Positions 1 to 9,783 of a stretch of DNA of 64,000 nucleotides are shown here, piece by piece. This stretch comes from an uncultured delta proteobacterium (GTDB taxonomy: Bacteria > Desulfobacterota > Desulfobacteria > Desulfobacterales > Desulfosalsimonadaceae). The translations under genes were made by a program, and so were the position numbers. Positions within the stretch are counted from its first letter, which is position 1; the number at the start of each line of letters is the position of its first letter. The stretch covers positions 352,001-416,000 of the forward strand of contig CAWGYD010000008.1 in assembly GCA_963826785.1 (NCBI GenBank). The letters run 5' to 3'. The notes under the pieces were generated by a model. That model saw nothing but the letters and a program-made list of their open reading frames with translations, was not told where the DNA came from and did not search any database.

Positions 1-906
1 TTCGCGGAACCGGCCGCTTTCGATTTCTTCTTCCAACACCCGGTTGGTGGCCGCGATCACCCGGATATCGACTTTCACCGTCTGGGTGCTTCCCAGGGGT
101 TCAAATTCCTGCTCCTGGAGCACCCGCAGGATCTTGGCCTGGGTGGTGGGGGGCATTTCCGCGATCTCGTCCAGGAAGATCGATCCGGCATGGGCCTGGC
201 GGAAACGGCCCTGCTTTCGGGCCACCGCGCCGGTGAACGCCCCTTTTTCGTGCCCGAACAGTTCGCTTTCCAGCAGGGTTTCGGGCAGTGCCGCGCAGTT
301 GATCTTGATGAACGGCTGCGCCTTCCGGGCGCTGTTTTCATGAATGGCGTTGGCCACCAGTTCCTTGCCCGTACCGCTCTCTCCCAGCAGCAGGACCGTG
401 GCATCGGACGGGGCGACCAGGGACAGGGTTTCGAACATTTCAACCATGGAGGCGCTCCGGCCGATGATTTTAGGAAAATCGAACCGCTCGCTGATGCGCT
501 CCTTCAACAGCCGATTTTCCACCTCCAGCTTGAAATGCCGCAGGGCCTTGTTCACATGGATCTTTAGCTCATCGATATCCAGCGGCTTGGTGAGATAGTC
601 GAAAGCGCCGGATTTAAGGGCGTCCACCGCCGTATTGACCGAGGCATAGGCCGTCATGATGATCACCGGAATACCCGGGCTGATCCCCCGGATGAGCTTC
701 AAGGCTTCGATCCCCCCCATCCGGTTCATCCGGATATCCATCAGGACCAGGTCATAAAACCGCGCCTCCACGGCATTGACCGCTTCCCGGCCATCGCCTG
801 CGTGGGTGATGTCGAAGCCCTCCGCCGAAAGAACCGCATCGAGCATCTGCAGGTGGGCGGCATCGTCATCCACCACCAGAATGTGGGGTCGTATGTCTAC
901 TTCCAT
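1..906 (-). CDS. Sigma-54-dependent response regulator (NtrC/ZraR family), 3' end runs off the window
   Basis: Not in the ORF track; translated by hand from ATG at 906. Receiver domain ([15 protein letters not shown]...DLVLMDIRM...MTAY...YLTKP), Walker [24 protein letters not shown], Walker B SIFLDEI. Start overlaps the kinase stop (TGATG). Confidence 0.95.
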   Translation of the reverse strand, partial: MEVDIRPHILVVDDDAAHLQMLDAVLSAEGFDITHAGDGREAVNAVEARFYDLVLMDIRMNRMGGIEALKLIRGISPGIPVIIMTAYASVNTAVDALKSGAFDYLTKPLDIDELKIHVNKALRHFKLEVENRLLKERISERFDFPKIIGRSASMVEMFETLSLVAPSDATVLLLGESGTGKELVANAIHENSARKAQPFIKINCAALPETLLESELFGHEKGAFTGAVARKQGRFRQAHAGSIFLDEIAEMPPTTQAKILRVLQEQEFEPLGSTQTVKVDIRVIAATNRVLEEEIESGRFRE

Positions 907-2609
907 CAGTCGCTGACCTCCAGGTCCAAAGGAATATCAATGGTGAAGCGGCATCCGGACGGCCGATCCGGAAGCGGGCTTTCCAGGTGAATTTTGCCCC
1001 GGTGATTTTCCACGATCCGGGAGACGATGGCCAGGCCCAGGCCGGTCCCCTTGTCCCGGGTGGTGAAAAACGGATCGAATATCCTGGCCTGCTGTTCAGC
1101 GGAAATACCGCCGCCGTTGTCCTGCACCCGAAACGACAAATGCGTTTTTGACCGGACTGCGCCAATCTCGACCTGCCCCTTGCCGCCGGACACCGCCTGC
1201 AGGGAATTAAGCATCAGGTTGAGCAGAACCTGGGTCATGAGATTCTCATCCATCATAACCGGTTCCATTCCCGGCTGAACGTGCATGATCAGCTCGATGC
1301 CCTTTGCAGCGGCATCCCCTTCCACCAGGCGAACGGTATGGTTCACCAGTTCCCCGGGATCCACTAAAGAAAGCTCCAGTTCCATGGGCCTGGCGAAATT
1401 GAGCAGATCTGTGACCACCCGGTTGATCCGATCCACCTCCTTGACCATGATGAGTGCATATTCCCGATCCGTGGGCCGGTCTTTGAGCACATGGCCAAGA
1501 AACCGGGCAAAACCGCGGATGGAACTCAGCGGATTTCGAATTTCATGGGCTACGGATGCCGCCAATTTGCCTAGTGCCGCCAGTTTTTCGGTCCGCCGCA
1601 CCTTATCCTCCAGCCGCTTGATCTCCCTTAAGTCCCTCAAGATGATCACCGCACCCAGGCATCCCGATTCGCCCTCCAGAATAGGGGTCACGCTGACGGC
1701 CAGGGGCATCCCCTCTTCCGCCGGCCCGTTGATCCGGATTTCACGGTCCATGACGGGAAGGCATTCGGCAAGTGTTTTTGAAATGCCCCAATCATCAAAA
1801 TCGATCACACCGTCCAGGCGCATGCCACGGGCATATGACGGGTCCAATCCCAGCAGTTCCAGCCCCAGGCTGTTGTGGGAAATGATGCGGCCTTCGGCAT
1901 CGATGCTCAGCAGGCCATTGGCCATGCTGTCCACCACCTGCCGGGTGTAATCCTGGATCTTCTTGAGCTCTTGATTCATCCGGTGATAGCGGTTGATCAC
2001 GAACATGAAAAAAATCCCGCCGCCCCCCAGCAGGATCAGGATCGTCATCATGATAATGGCATGATGGAAATCCTCGTGCCGCGCGGAAGCAAACGTTGAC
2101 ATTTTCAGGCCGATCACGATGACGGCATGGTCATAGCGGTCTAAAGGAGCGGATTCTCCCTTTTCCGAGGCCATATCGAACTGTTTGGCCAGTTCATAGA
2201 CGTTTGCGCCCTGACGGTCCGTCCGGATGCGGCTGATGATATGCCCGCTCTTCAGCCCGTCCGGAGCCCATATCCCGTCCGGTACCGGATCAGATCCGGA
2301 TGACCGGTGCAGGAGGCGATGGCGGGCATCCGCAAGGTAGATGTAGGCCACGGAATCGTTTTTCGCAGCCTCATGGATCAGCCGGTCCATGGCGTGGTCC
2401 CGGGTTCCCGGCAGCGTGGTCAGCGCCCGGCCGCCGGCTTCCATGACATCGATAATCGCCACCCCCTGCTGGCGGAGGAACGTCAGGGCATGCGTCCGTG
2501 CCCGGTTGAGGTTCCAGTAAGTGGAAAATCCGATGAACACCAGGAGCACCAGTACGACGATGACGATGATCAGGGCGGGAATATAGAGTCTTCGGGATTG
2601 GTGGTTCAT
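906..2609 (-). CDS. Membrane sensor histidine kinase with PAS domain (ZraS-like)
   Basis: Two TM segments around a periplasmic domain, PAS-like region, H-box AHEIRNPL, N-box [28 protein letters not shown]. Confidence 0.95.
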   Translation of the reverse strand: MNHQSRRLYIPALIIVIVVLVLLVFIGFSTYWNLNRARTHALTFLRQQGVAIIDVMEAGGRALTTLPGTRDHAMDRLIHEAAKNDSVAYIYLADARHRLLHRSSGSDPVPDGIWAPDGLKSGHIISRIRTDRQGANVYELAKQFDMASEKGESAPLDRYDHAVIVIGLKMSTFASARHEDFHHAIIMMTILILLGGGGIFFMFVINRYHRMNQELKKIQDYTRQVVDSMANGLLSIDAEGRIISHNSLGLELLGLDPSYARGMRLDGVIDFDDWGISKTLAECLPVMDREIRINGPAEEGMPLAVSVTPILEGESGCLGAVIILRDLREIKRLEDKVRRTEKLAALGKLAASVAHEIRNPLSSIRGFARFLGHVLKDRPTDREYALIMVKEVDRINRVVTDLLNFARPMELELSLVDPGELVNHTVRLVEGDAAAKGIELIMHVQPGMEPVMMDENLMTQVLLNLMLNSLQAVSGGKGQVEIGAVRSKTHLSFRVQDNGGGISAEQQARIFDPFFTTRDKGTGLGLAIVSRIVENHRGKIHLESPLPDRPSGCRFTIDIPLDLEVSD

Positions 2610-2864
2610 GTGCAGGATATCGGTCTAAAAAGGTAAATGATGTGAAATAAAATAGCAGTTTCGGAAATAGGGTGCAAACATTTTACACATATAAAACACG
2701 GAAGCGCGAAATTTATTCGCATCATCTTATTGCCTTCAAGTGTTAAATTTTCCCGGCGCCCGGCGCCGGGAAAATTTCCAGTAACGCCTTTTCGTGGAGG
2801 AAAAGAGCGGGTCACATTGCACGCCAGGCATGTCCGTGGCGGTACCCGGTGACATGGAATAATT

Positions 2865-2880
2865 GGCAAAAGCCGTGCCA
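2865..2880 (-). promoter_or_regulatory. Sigma-54 -24/-12 promoter for the kinase/regulator operon
   Basis: Minus strand TGGCACG-GCTT-TTGCC, near-perfect match to TGGCACG-N4-TTGCW, pointing at a sigma-54 activator operon. Confidence 0.75.
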
Positions 2881-3108
2881 AAAGTTAAAAATCATGGCGG
2901 CTTTCGATAGTCATTTGAATTCCATAATGATTTGGACATCTATGGCTTTCGATGTTACCTTTTCATCATCCCGCGGAGCATGCGGAGTATATGCAAGGCA
3001 ATCTGAACTACCGATGATTTTATCACCGCGAGCAATGACTTCTGCCATCATATGAGAAACTTGCAATGCGCTTGACGATATGCCGTCAAACATTTACATT
3101 ATACGTCT

Positions 3109-3124
3109 TGGCATGGTTTTTGAT
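3109..3124 (+). promoter_or_regulatory. Possible sigma-54 promoter for the efflux operon
   Basis: TGGCATG-GTTT-TTGAT: good -24 element and correct spacing, but the -12 element is GA rather than GC. Confidence 0.45.
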
Positions 3125-3129
3125 CTATC

Positions 3130-3273
3130 ATCTTTGATGAACCCGCAAAAAGTCCAAAGTTCGTCACTCCGGTGAAAACCGGAGTCTATAACCAACTTAG
3201 TTTGTAGTAGATTCCGGCCTCCGCCGGAATGACGAAAGCGTAAAATCCGACTTTTTACGGCTTCATCATCTTT
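3130..3273. mobile_element. MITE-like element with terminal inverted repeats, target-site duplication and two internal hairpins
   Basis: TIRs GATGAACCCGCAAAAAGTC (3136-3154) and GACTTTTTACGGCTTCATC (3249-3267), 17/19 match. Flanking direct repeat ATCTTT at 3130-3135 and 3268-3273. Internal hairpins ACTCCGGT-GAAA-ACCGGAGT and ATTCCGGC-CTCC-GCCGGAAT. Confidence 0.75.
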
Positions 3274-3302
3274 CAAGCAATTACAGAAAAGAGGGGATAA
3301 CG

Positions 3303-4641
3303 ATGAAAAGGGGACGGTGGGTCACGGGTATATGGATGGTCATGCTTTCAGGGGCGGTGCTGCTCACGGGGGCTTCGGCTTTCGCCGGAAGCCCCATCTG
3401 GGCCCCGCCGGTTTTAGACGATCTCATCGCCGAGGGCATTGCCAATAACCAGTCCATCAGCAGCATGCGCCAGGAGATTGCCGCCATGGCAGACCAGGTG
3501 CCGGTGGCCGGCACCCTGCCCGACCCCATGCTGGGGGTGGGTCTGTTAAATTTGCCCACCAACAGCTTTTCATTTGACCAGGAACCCATGACCCAAAAGC
3601 AGATTTCGCTCGAACAGCAGGTCCCCTGGCCGGGAAAGCTCAGCCTCAAATCGAAAATGGCGGCCCAGGCCGTCGGCAGCAAAGAGGCCCTTTTAAAAGC
3701 CGAAATCCTCGCCCTGTCCCAGAAAATCGCGGAGGCCTGGTATGAACTCGGCTATGTGGAAAAAAGCCTTCAGAACAATGCCCGCCTGACCGACCTGGTG
3801 AACCAGATCAAAAGAGAAGCCCAGGACCGGTATGCGGTGGGACGCGGACTCCAGAACAACATTTTCCAGTCGGAAATGGAGTTGAGCAAACTCTCCACGG
3901 AAAGGATCATGCTGGAAAACCAGCAGCGCACCATACAGGACCGGCTCAATATGATGCTAAACCGCAACCCGTATCAGCCTGTGGCCCCCGCCGGCCGGAC
4001 TGGAGGACAAACTTCCCGATTTTTCGCTGCCCGAGGCCAAGAACGCGGCCCTTCAATACAATCCGGAACTGGCCGCCAAGCAGTACGAAATTTCCCGGGC
4101 CGAAACAGCCGTCGAACTGGCCAAAAAGGATTACCTGCCGGACATGGGATTCAAGCTTGCCTACGGCCAGCGGGATGAGGACATGACCGGACGTAAACTC
4201 CCCGACTTTGTCTCCGGCTCGGTAATGGTGAACCTGCCGGTCTGGCACCGGACCAAACAGGACAAGAACCTGGACGCTGCCGTAAACCGCTTGCAATCGG
4301 TCAAATCGGCTTATGCCCACCTGGAAAATACGCTTCCCCTGCGGGTGGATGCGCTGGCCGTGGAACTGGCGGATACCCGACAGCGCCTGGCCGTGTACAC
4401 GGAAGAATTGATCCCCCAGGCCCGGGAATGGGCACGGTCGGCAAACGACGCGTACCAGGTGGGGGAGGTGGAATTTGACACCATGATACAGGCGGCCATG
4501 CGGGTGCTCAATTACGAACTTGCCGCCGAAAAGCTCCGGTTTGCCCTGTATCAGAAACTGGCCGCCCTGGATCAACTGGTGGGCCGACCGGTTGCGGATA
4601 TCGCCGCGTCCGGCGACCTGAACATCCCGGAGGAAAAATGA
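3303..4641 (+). CDS. TolC-family outer-membrane efflux protein (CusC-like), frameshifted near 3985-4000
   Basis: Signal peptide and LPDPML...QEPMTQ...EQQVPWPGKL in ORF 3303..4178. The +1 frame continues LEDKLPDFS...NPELAA...KDYLPD into ORF 4144..4641 (VMVNLPVW, YQVGEVEF). Stop overlaps the next start (ATGA). Confidence 0.85.
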
Positions 4642-6194
4642 GCATGAACAACAAGACCCGATTTCCGGTTTTCATTATTGTGATCACCATCCTGCTGACC
4701 CTTTTGATTGCCGGAGGGGCCGCCTGGTTTCTCGGTTATCTGGGCCCGAAATTTCACCAGGAGAGTGCCCGGACTGCCGGGGAAAAACAGCTTTACACCT
4801 GCGGCATGCATCCGGAAGTCATCCGGGAAAAGCCCGGCAACTGCCCCTTGTGCGGCATGAAACTGGTGCCCGTGAAAAAGGGGGCCGAAGCGTCCCCGCC
4901 GGAAAGCGGTAAGGGCAAAATCGCCTACTGGCGGGCGCCCATGAACCCCAACGAAATATATGACAAGCCGGGAAAGAGTGCCATGGGAATGGATCTGGTG
5001 CCGGTTTATGAAGACCAGGTCAAAGCGGGGGCCACCATTGTAGTTGATCCGGTCACCCAGCAGGATATGGGACTGCGGACGGCCGTGGTGGAAAAAGGCC
5101 CCCTGGTCCACACCATCCGGACTTACGGGCACGTCACCTATGATGAGACCCTGCTGGCCGTGGTAAACCTGACGTTTTCCGGCTGGATCGAAAAACTCTA
5201 CGTGGATTTCACCGGCCAGCGGGTGGAAAAGGGAAAACCCCTGTTTGACATCTATTCCCCCGACCTGATCACCGTCCAGCAGGACTACCTGGAAGCCTGG
5301 CGGAATTACCAGAGCAACAAATCGGATACTTTCAAGCAGCGCTTGAACACCGTACGCAAGCGGCTCTCGTTCTACAACATCAGCGATGCGGAAATCGAGA
5401 AAATCAAAAATCAGAATCAAGTCCTTCAGACCATTACCATCTATTCCCCGGTTTCCGGGGTGGTGATCGAAAAGCATGCGGTGGAAGGCGGCTATATCAA
5501 GGCGGGCAGCAGTGTATATGAAATCGCCGACCTGTCGAAGGTGTGGGTGGAAGCCCACATATTCGAATATGAATTCCAGGCCGTCCATACCGGTCTGCCG
5601 GTGGAAATGACCCTTCCCTATATGCCGGGCCGGCACTACACCGGCGAAGTGCTTTTCATCTACCCCTACCTGCAGCGCAAGACCCGGGACGTGGTGGTCC
5701 GGCTGACCTTCGACAACCCGGAAAACGACCTCAAGCCCGACATGTACGCGGATGTAAAGATCCGCACCTCGGTGGCAAAGGAAGGCATCCGCATCCCCGA
5801 AGAGGCGGTGATCCGTTCCGGGGAGCGCAACATCGTATTCGTCACCCGGGAGAAAGGAAAATTCATTCCCCGTGAAGTGACCCTGGGCATGCCCCTGGAC
5901 AACGGCATGATCCAGATCTTGTCGGGCGTCGCCCCCGGAGAAACCATCGTCACCTCGGGCCAGTTCCTGCTCGACTCCGAATCCAAGCTCAAAGAGGCCA
6001 TCGAGAAGATGCGGGAACCGCAGCCCCAAACCCAAAAGCAGGCGGCACCGCAGAAACCGGCCCCACCTCCCGGGTTTTTCGATGAATTGAAAAAAGAGCC
6101 GCCCCCGGCTCCGACGGGTTTTTTCAAGGATTTAAAACAGATGGACAACGGCCAGGCCGGTTCCGGCAAAAACGCCTCGGGGGATGCCAGATGA
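4638..6194 (+). CDS. cusB: CusB-like RND periplasmic adaptor with heavy-metal-binding domains
   Basis: N-terminal TM, YTCGMHP...PGNCPLCGMKLVP and YWRAPMNP...PGKSAMGMDLVP motifs, MFP core (GWIEKLYV, SPDL, ADLSKVW, LKPDMYA, SGQFLLDSES). Confidence 0.92.
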   Translation: MSMNNKTRFPVFIIVITILLTLLIAGGAAWFLGYLGPKFHQESARTAGEKQLYTCGMHPEVIREKPGNCPLCGMKLVPVKKGAEASPPESGKGKIAYWRAPMNPNEIYDKPGKSAMGMDLVPVYEDQVKAGATIVVDPVTQQDMGLRTAVVEKGPLVHTIRTYGHVTYDETLLAVVNLTFSGWIEKLYVDFTGQRVEKGKPLFDIYSPDLITVQQDYLEAWRNYQSNKSDTFKQRLNTVRKRLSFYNISDAEIEKIKNQNQVLQTITIYSPVSGVVIEKHAVEGGYIKAGSSVYEIADLSKVWVEAHIFEYEFQAVHTGLPVEMTLPYMPGRHYTGEVLFIYPYLQRKTRDVVVRLTFDNPENDLKPDMYADVKIRTSVAKEGIRIPEEAVIRSGERNIVFVTREKGKFIPREVTLGMPLDNGMIQILSGVAPGETIVTSGQFLLDSESKLKEAIEKMREPQPQTQKQAAPQKPAPPPGFFDELKKEPPPAPTGFFKDLKQMDNGQAGSGKNASGDAR

Positions 6195-9100
6195 TTCACA
6201 GGATTATCGAATGGTCCGTCCGCAACAAATTCATGGTGATCCTGGCCACGCTCTTTATCATCATCGGAGGAATCTACGCCCTGGAGTCCATCCCCCTGGA
6301 TGCCATCCCGGATCTCTCCGATGTCCAGGTCATCATCTACACCGACTATCCCGGCCAGGGCCCCCAGGTGGTGGAGGACCAGGTCACCTACCCGCTGACC
6401 ACCACCATGCTGAGCGTCCCCTATGCCAAGGTGGTGCGGGGATATTCTTTTTTCGGGCTCTCCTTCGTCTACATCATCTTTGAAGACGGCACCGATCTGT
6501 ACTGGGCCCGCTCCCGGGTGCTGGAGTATCTGAACGGCGCCGCCGCCCGGCTTCCTGCCGGGGTCACTCCCCGGCTGGGGCCGGACGCCACCGGGGTAGG
6601 CTGGGTATTCGAGTATGTCCTGACCGATACCTCGGGCAAGCACGACCTCTCCCAGCTCCGCAGCATCCAGGACTGGTATCTGCGCTATCAGCTGATGAGT
6701 GTCCCCGGCGTGGCCGAGGTGGCCAGCATCGGCGGGTTCGTCAAGCAGTACCAGGTGGAGGTGGACCCCAACAAGCTGCTGGCCTATGACCTGTCCCTGC
6801 AGAAAGTCCGTGCCGCCATCAAGAAAAGCAACAACGACGTGGGGGGCCGGCTCATTGAAATGGGGGAAACCGAGTTCATGGTCCGGGGTCTGGGATACAT
6901 CAAGTCCCTTCACGACCTGGAGCAGATCGCCGTGGGCGTGGACGAAATGGGAACCCCCATCCTGCTCAAAAGCATCGCCTATATCCACCTGGGGCCCGAA
7001 CTCCGGCGCGGGGTACTGGACTGGAACGGCGAGGGGGAAGCCGCCGGCGGCATCGTCATCATGCGCTACGGCGAAAACGCCCTTCAGGTGATCCAGGGGG
7101 TGAAACAGAAACTGGCCGACCTGAAAAAGGGGCTGCCCGAAGGGGTTGAGATCAAGATCGGCTACGACCGCTCGGGCCTGATCGAACGGGCTATTTCCAC
7201 GCTCAAGCAAAAATTGGTGGAGGAAATGACGGTAGTGGCCATCATCTGCATCCTCTTTCTGCTCCACTTCCGGTCCGCCTTCGTGGCCCTGTTCACCCTG
7301 CCGGTGGGCGTGCTGATGTCGTTTCTGGTCATCTATCCGCTGGGGATCAACGCCAACATCATGAGCCTGGGGGGGATCGCCATCGCCATCGGGGTCATGG
7401 TGGATGCCTCCATCGTCATGGTGGAAAACGCCCACAAGCACCTGGAGCGCGACAGCGGCAGCAAGCCCCACGCCCAGATCATCCTGGATGCCGCCAAGGA
7501 AGTCGGTCCCGCCCTGTTCTACAGTCTGCTGATCATCACGGTCTCCTTTGTCCCGGTGTTTTCGCTGCAGGAGCAGTCCGGCCGGATGTTCAAGCCCCTG
7601 GCCTACACCAAGACATTTGCCATGGCCGCCTCCTCGATACTGGCCATCACCATCATTCCGGTGCTCATGACCTTCTTTGTCCGGGAAACCCCCTTTGCAC
7701 CGGAGACATCAAAAAAATTCCGCATCGGCGTTTGGATCACCGCCATGGCGGGCCCCATCCTGCTGGTGATTGCAGCCGGTCTCATGGGGCTTACCCTGCC
7801 GGGCTGGAGCCTGGCCGCGGCCGTGGCCGCATCGATTTTCGCGCTGTTCTGCCTGATTCCGCAGAAGATCATGCCGGAAGAAAAAAATCCACTGAGCCGC
7901 TTTTTCGTACGCATCTACCACCCCATCATCTCCCTGGTGCTCAACTACCGCAAAACCACGGTGCTGGTGGCCATCCTCATCCTGGCGGCCACCTGGTACC
8001 CGGCCACCCGGCTGGGGAGTGAATTCATGCCCCCCTTAAACGAAGGCAGCCTGCTCTACATGCCCACCACATTGCCGGGCATCTCCATCACCGAAGCGCG
8101 GGCGGTGCTCCAGCAGACCGACCGGATCATCGCTTCATTTCCCGAAGTCGAGACGGTGTTCGGCAAGATCGGCCGGGCGGAGACCGCCACGGACCCCGCC
8201 CCGCTCACCATGATCGAAACCACCATCATGCTCTACCCCCAGGTGGTGTATGAAAAAATTCCGGTCAAACGGTTCTACTCCGACTGGCCGCAATGGGCCC
8301 ATGCCCCCTTTTCCTGGATCTGGCCGGAATACAAACAGGGCAGAATCCTCCATGAATGGCAAAAGAAGAAGATCGACCGGTTCTTCTCCGGGTGGCCGGG
8401 ATGGCTGAAGGCGCCGCTGGCCTGGATATGGCCCGAGGAGCGCTACATCACCATCGATGAACTGGCCCAGGATTACCTGAATCCGGCCATTTCCTTCCCG
8501 GGGCTGACCAACGCCTGGACCATGCCGATCAAGACCCGCATCGACATGCTTTCCACCGGCATCAAGACCCCGGTGGGGATCAAGCTGATGGGGCCGGACC
8601 TGTCCGTCCTGTCGGATCTCGGCACGCAGATCGAGGCGGTGATCAAGGGGATTCCGGAAACCCTTTCCGTCTATTCCGAACGGGTGACCGGCGGCAATTA
8701 CCTCGATTTTGATATCAACCGGCATGAAATCGCGCGTTACGGGCTGACCATAGAGGATGTGCAGGATGTGATCATGTCCGCCGTGGGGGGGATGAACGTG
8801 ACCCAGACGGTGGAAGGACTGGAGCGCTATCCGGTCAGCGTGCGCTACCTGCGGGAGTTGCGGGACAATATCTCCCAGCTCAAGCGGGTGCTGGTATCGA
8901 CGCCCACCGGAGGGCACGTGCCTTTGGCCCAGCTGGCGGACATTAAAATCCATAAAGGGCCGGCCATGATCAAGAGTGAAAACTCGCGCAAATCCGCCTG
9001 GATCTTCGTGGATCTCAAGGGGATGGACGTGGGCTCTTACGTGGCTCATGCACAGAAGCTGGTGGATGCCCGCATCGACCTGCCCACGGGCTACTCCATG

Positions 9101-9670
9101 GTCTGGTCCGGCCAGTACGAATACATGCAAAAGGCGCGCAAAACCTTAAACCTGGTGGTCCCGCTCACCCTGGTGCTGATTTTCATCCTGCTTTTCGTGC
9201 ATTTCAGAAACGTCATCGAATCGATGATCGTGATGGGCAGCCTCCCCTTTGCCCTGGTGGGGGGCGTTTGGCTGCTTTATCTTTTACATTATAACGTGTC
9301 GGTGGCCGTGGTGGTGGGGTTTATCGCCCTGGCCGGCCTGGCATCGGAGACCGGGGTGGTCATGCTGGTATACCTGGACGAGGCCTATGAGCGTTATCGG
9401 GATGCCGGGAAAATGGAAAGTCCCGCGCAGCTCAATGCCGCCATTATCGAAGGGGCGGTGGAGCGGGTCCGGCCCAAGCTGATGACGGTGGCCACCACGC
9501 TGATCGGCCTGCTGCCGGTGATGATCGGGACGGAAACCGGCTCCCAGGTAATGAAGCGGATCGCCGCGCCCATGGTGGGCGGGCTGATTTCCTCCACCAT
9601 TTTGACGCTGATTATCATCCCGGCCGTCTACGACCTCTGGAAAAGGCGCAGTCTCGGCCGGAAAGATTGA
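6191..9670 (+). CDS. cusA: CusA/SilA-type Cu(I)/Ag(I) RND efflux permease
   Basis: LDAIPDLSDVQVI, LGPDATGVGWV, GVMVDASIVMVEN, ERVRPKLMT. Met-triad contexts LLYMP, APLTMIETT and RIDMLSTG match the E. coli CusA Cu(I) site. Confidence 0.95.
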   Translation: MIHRIIEWSVRNKFMVILATLFIIIGGIYALESIPLDAIPDLSDVQVIIYTDYPGQGPQVVEDQVTYPLTTTMLSVPYAKVVRGYSFFGLSFVYIIFEDGTDLYWARSRVLEYLNGAAARLPAGVTPRLGPDATGVGWVFEYVLTDTSGKHDLSQLRSIQDWYLRYQLMSVPGVAEVASIGGFVKQYQVEVDPNKLLAYDLSLQKVRAAIKKSNNDVGGRLIEMGETEFMVRGLGYIKSLHDLEQIAVGVDEMGTPILLKSIAYIHLGPELRRGVLDWNGEGEAAGGIVIMRYGENALQVIQGVKQKLADLKKGLPEGVEIKIGYDRSGLIERAISTLKQKLVEEMTVVAIICILFLLHFRSAFVALFTLPVGVLMSFLVIYPLGINANIMSLGGIAIAIGVMVDASIVMVENAHKHLERDSGSKPHAQIILDAAKEVGPALFYSLLIITVSFVPVFSLQEQSGRMFKPLAYTKTFAMAASSILAITIIPVLMTFFVRETPFAPETSKKFRIGVWITAMAGPILLVIAAGLMGLTLPGWSLAAAVAASIFALFCLIPQKIMPEEKNPLSRFFVRIYHPIISLVLNYRKTTVLVAILILAATWYPATRLGSEFMPPLNEGSLLYMPTTLPGISITEARAVLQQTDRIIASFPEVETVFGKIGRAETATDPAPLTMIETTIMLYPQVVYEKIPVKRFYSDWPQWAHAPFSWIWPEYKQGRILHEWQKKKIDRFFSGWPGWLKAPLAWIWPEERYITIDELAQDYLNPAISFPGLTNAWTMPIKTRIDMLSTGIKTPVGIKLMGPDLSVLSDLGTQIEAVIKGIPETLSVYSERVTGGNYLDFDINRHEIARYGLTIEDVQDVIMSAVGGMNVTQTVEGLERYPVSVRYLRELRDNISQLKRVLVSTPTGGHVPLAQLADIKIHKGPAMIKSENSRKSAWIFVDLKGMDVGSYVAHAQKLVDARIDLPTGYSMVWSGQYEYMQKARKTLNLVVPLTLVLIFILLFVHFRNVIESMIVMGSLPFALVGGVWLLYLLHYNVSVAVVVGFIALAGLASETGVVMLVYLDEAYERYRDAGKMESPAQLNAAIIEGAVERVRPKLMTVATTLIGLLPVMIGTETGSQVMKRIAAPMVGGLISSTILTLIIIPAVYDLWKRRSLGRKD

Positions 9671-9783
9671 ATGGAAGGCGATATTTGCGGGAGAATCAAA
9701 AAGGCATGCACGTGAACGAAAACCCGGCAGAAACTTTTCCAGACAATAGTGTAAAAAATGCATTAAATTAAGGAGAATCCCAC

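Noticed and set aside
2849..3276. Short ORFs of 60-68 aa in the kinase-cus intergenic region
   Set aside because: No RBS or family resemblance. They overlap promoter elements and the MITE.
4572..7471. Long antisense ORFs (487 and 601 aa); similar ones at 22318-23910, 26104-27525, 36995-38416, 42345-43961 and 59558-60781
   Set aside because: They are shadows of well-supported genes on the opposite strand in GC-rich DNA and have no recognisable motifs.
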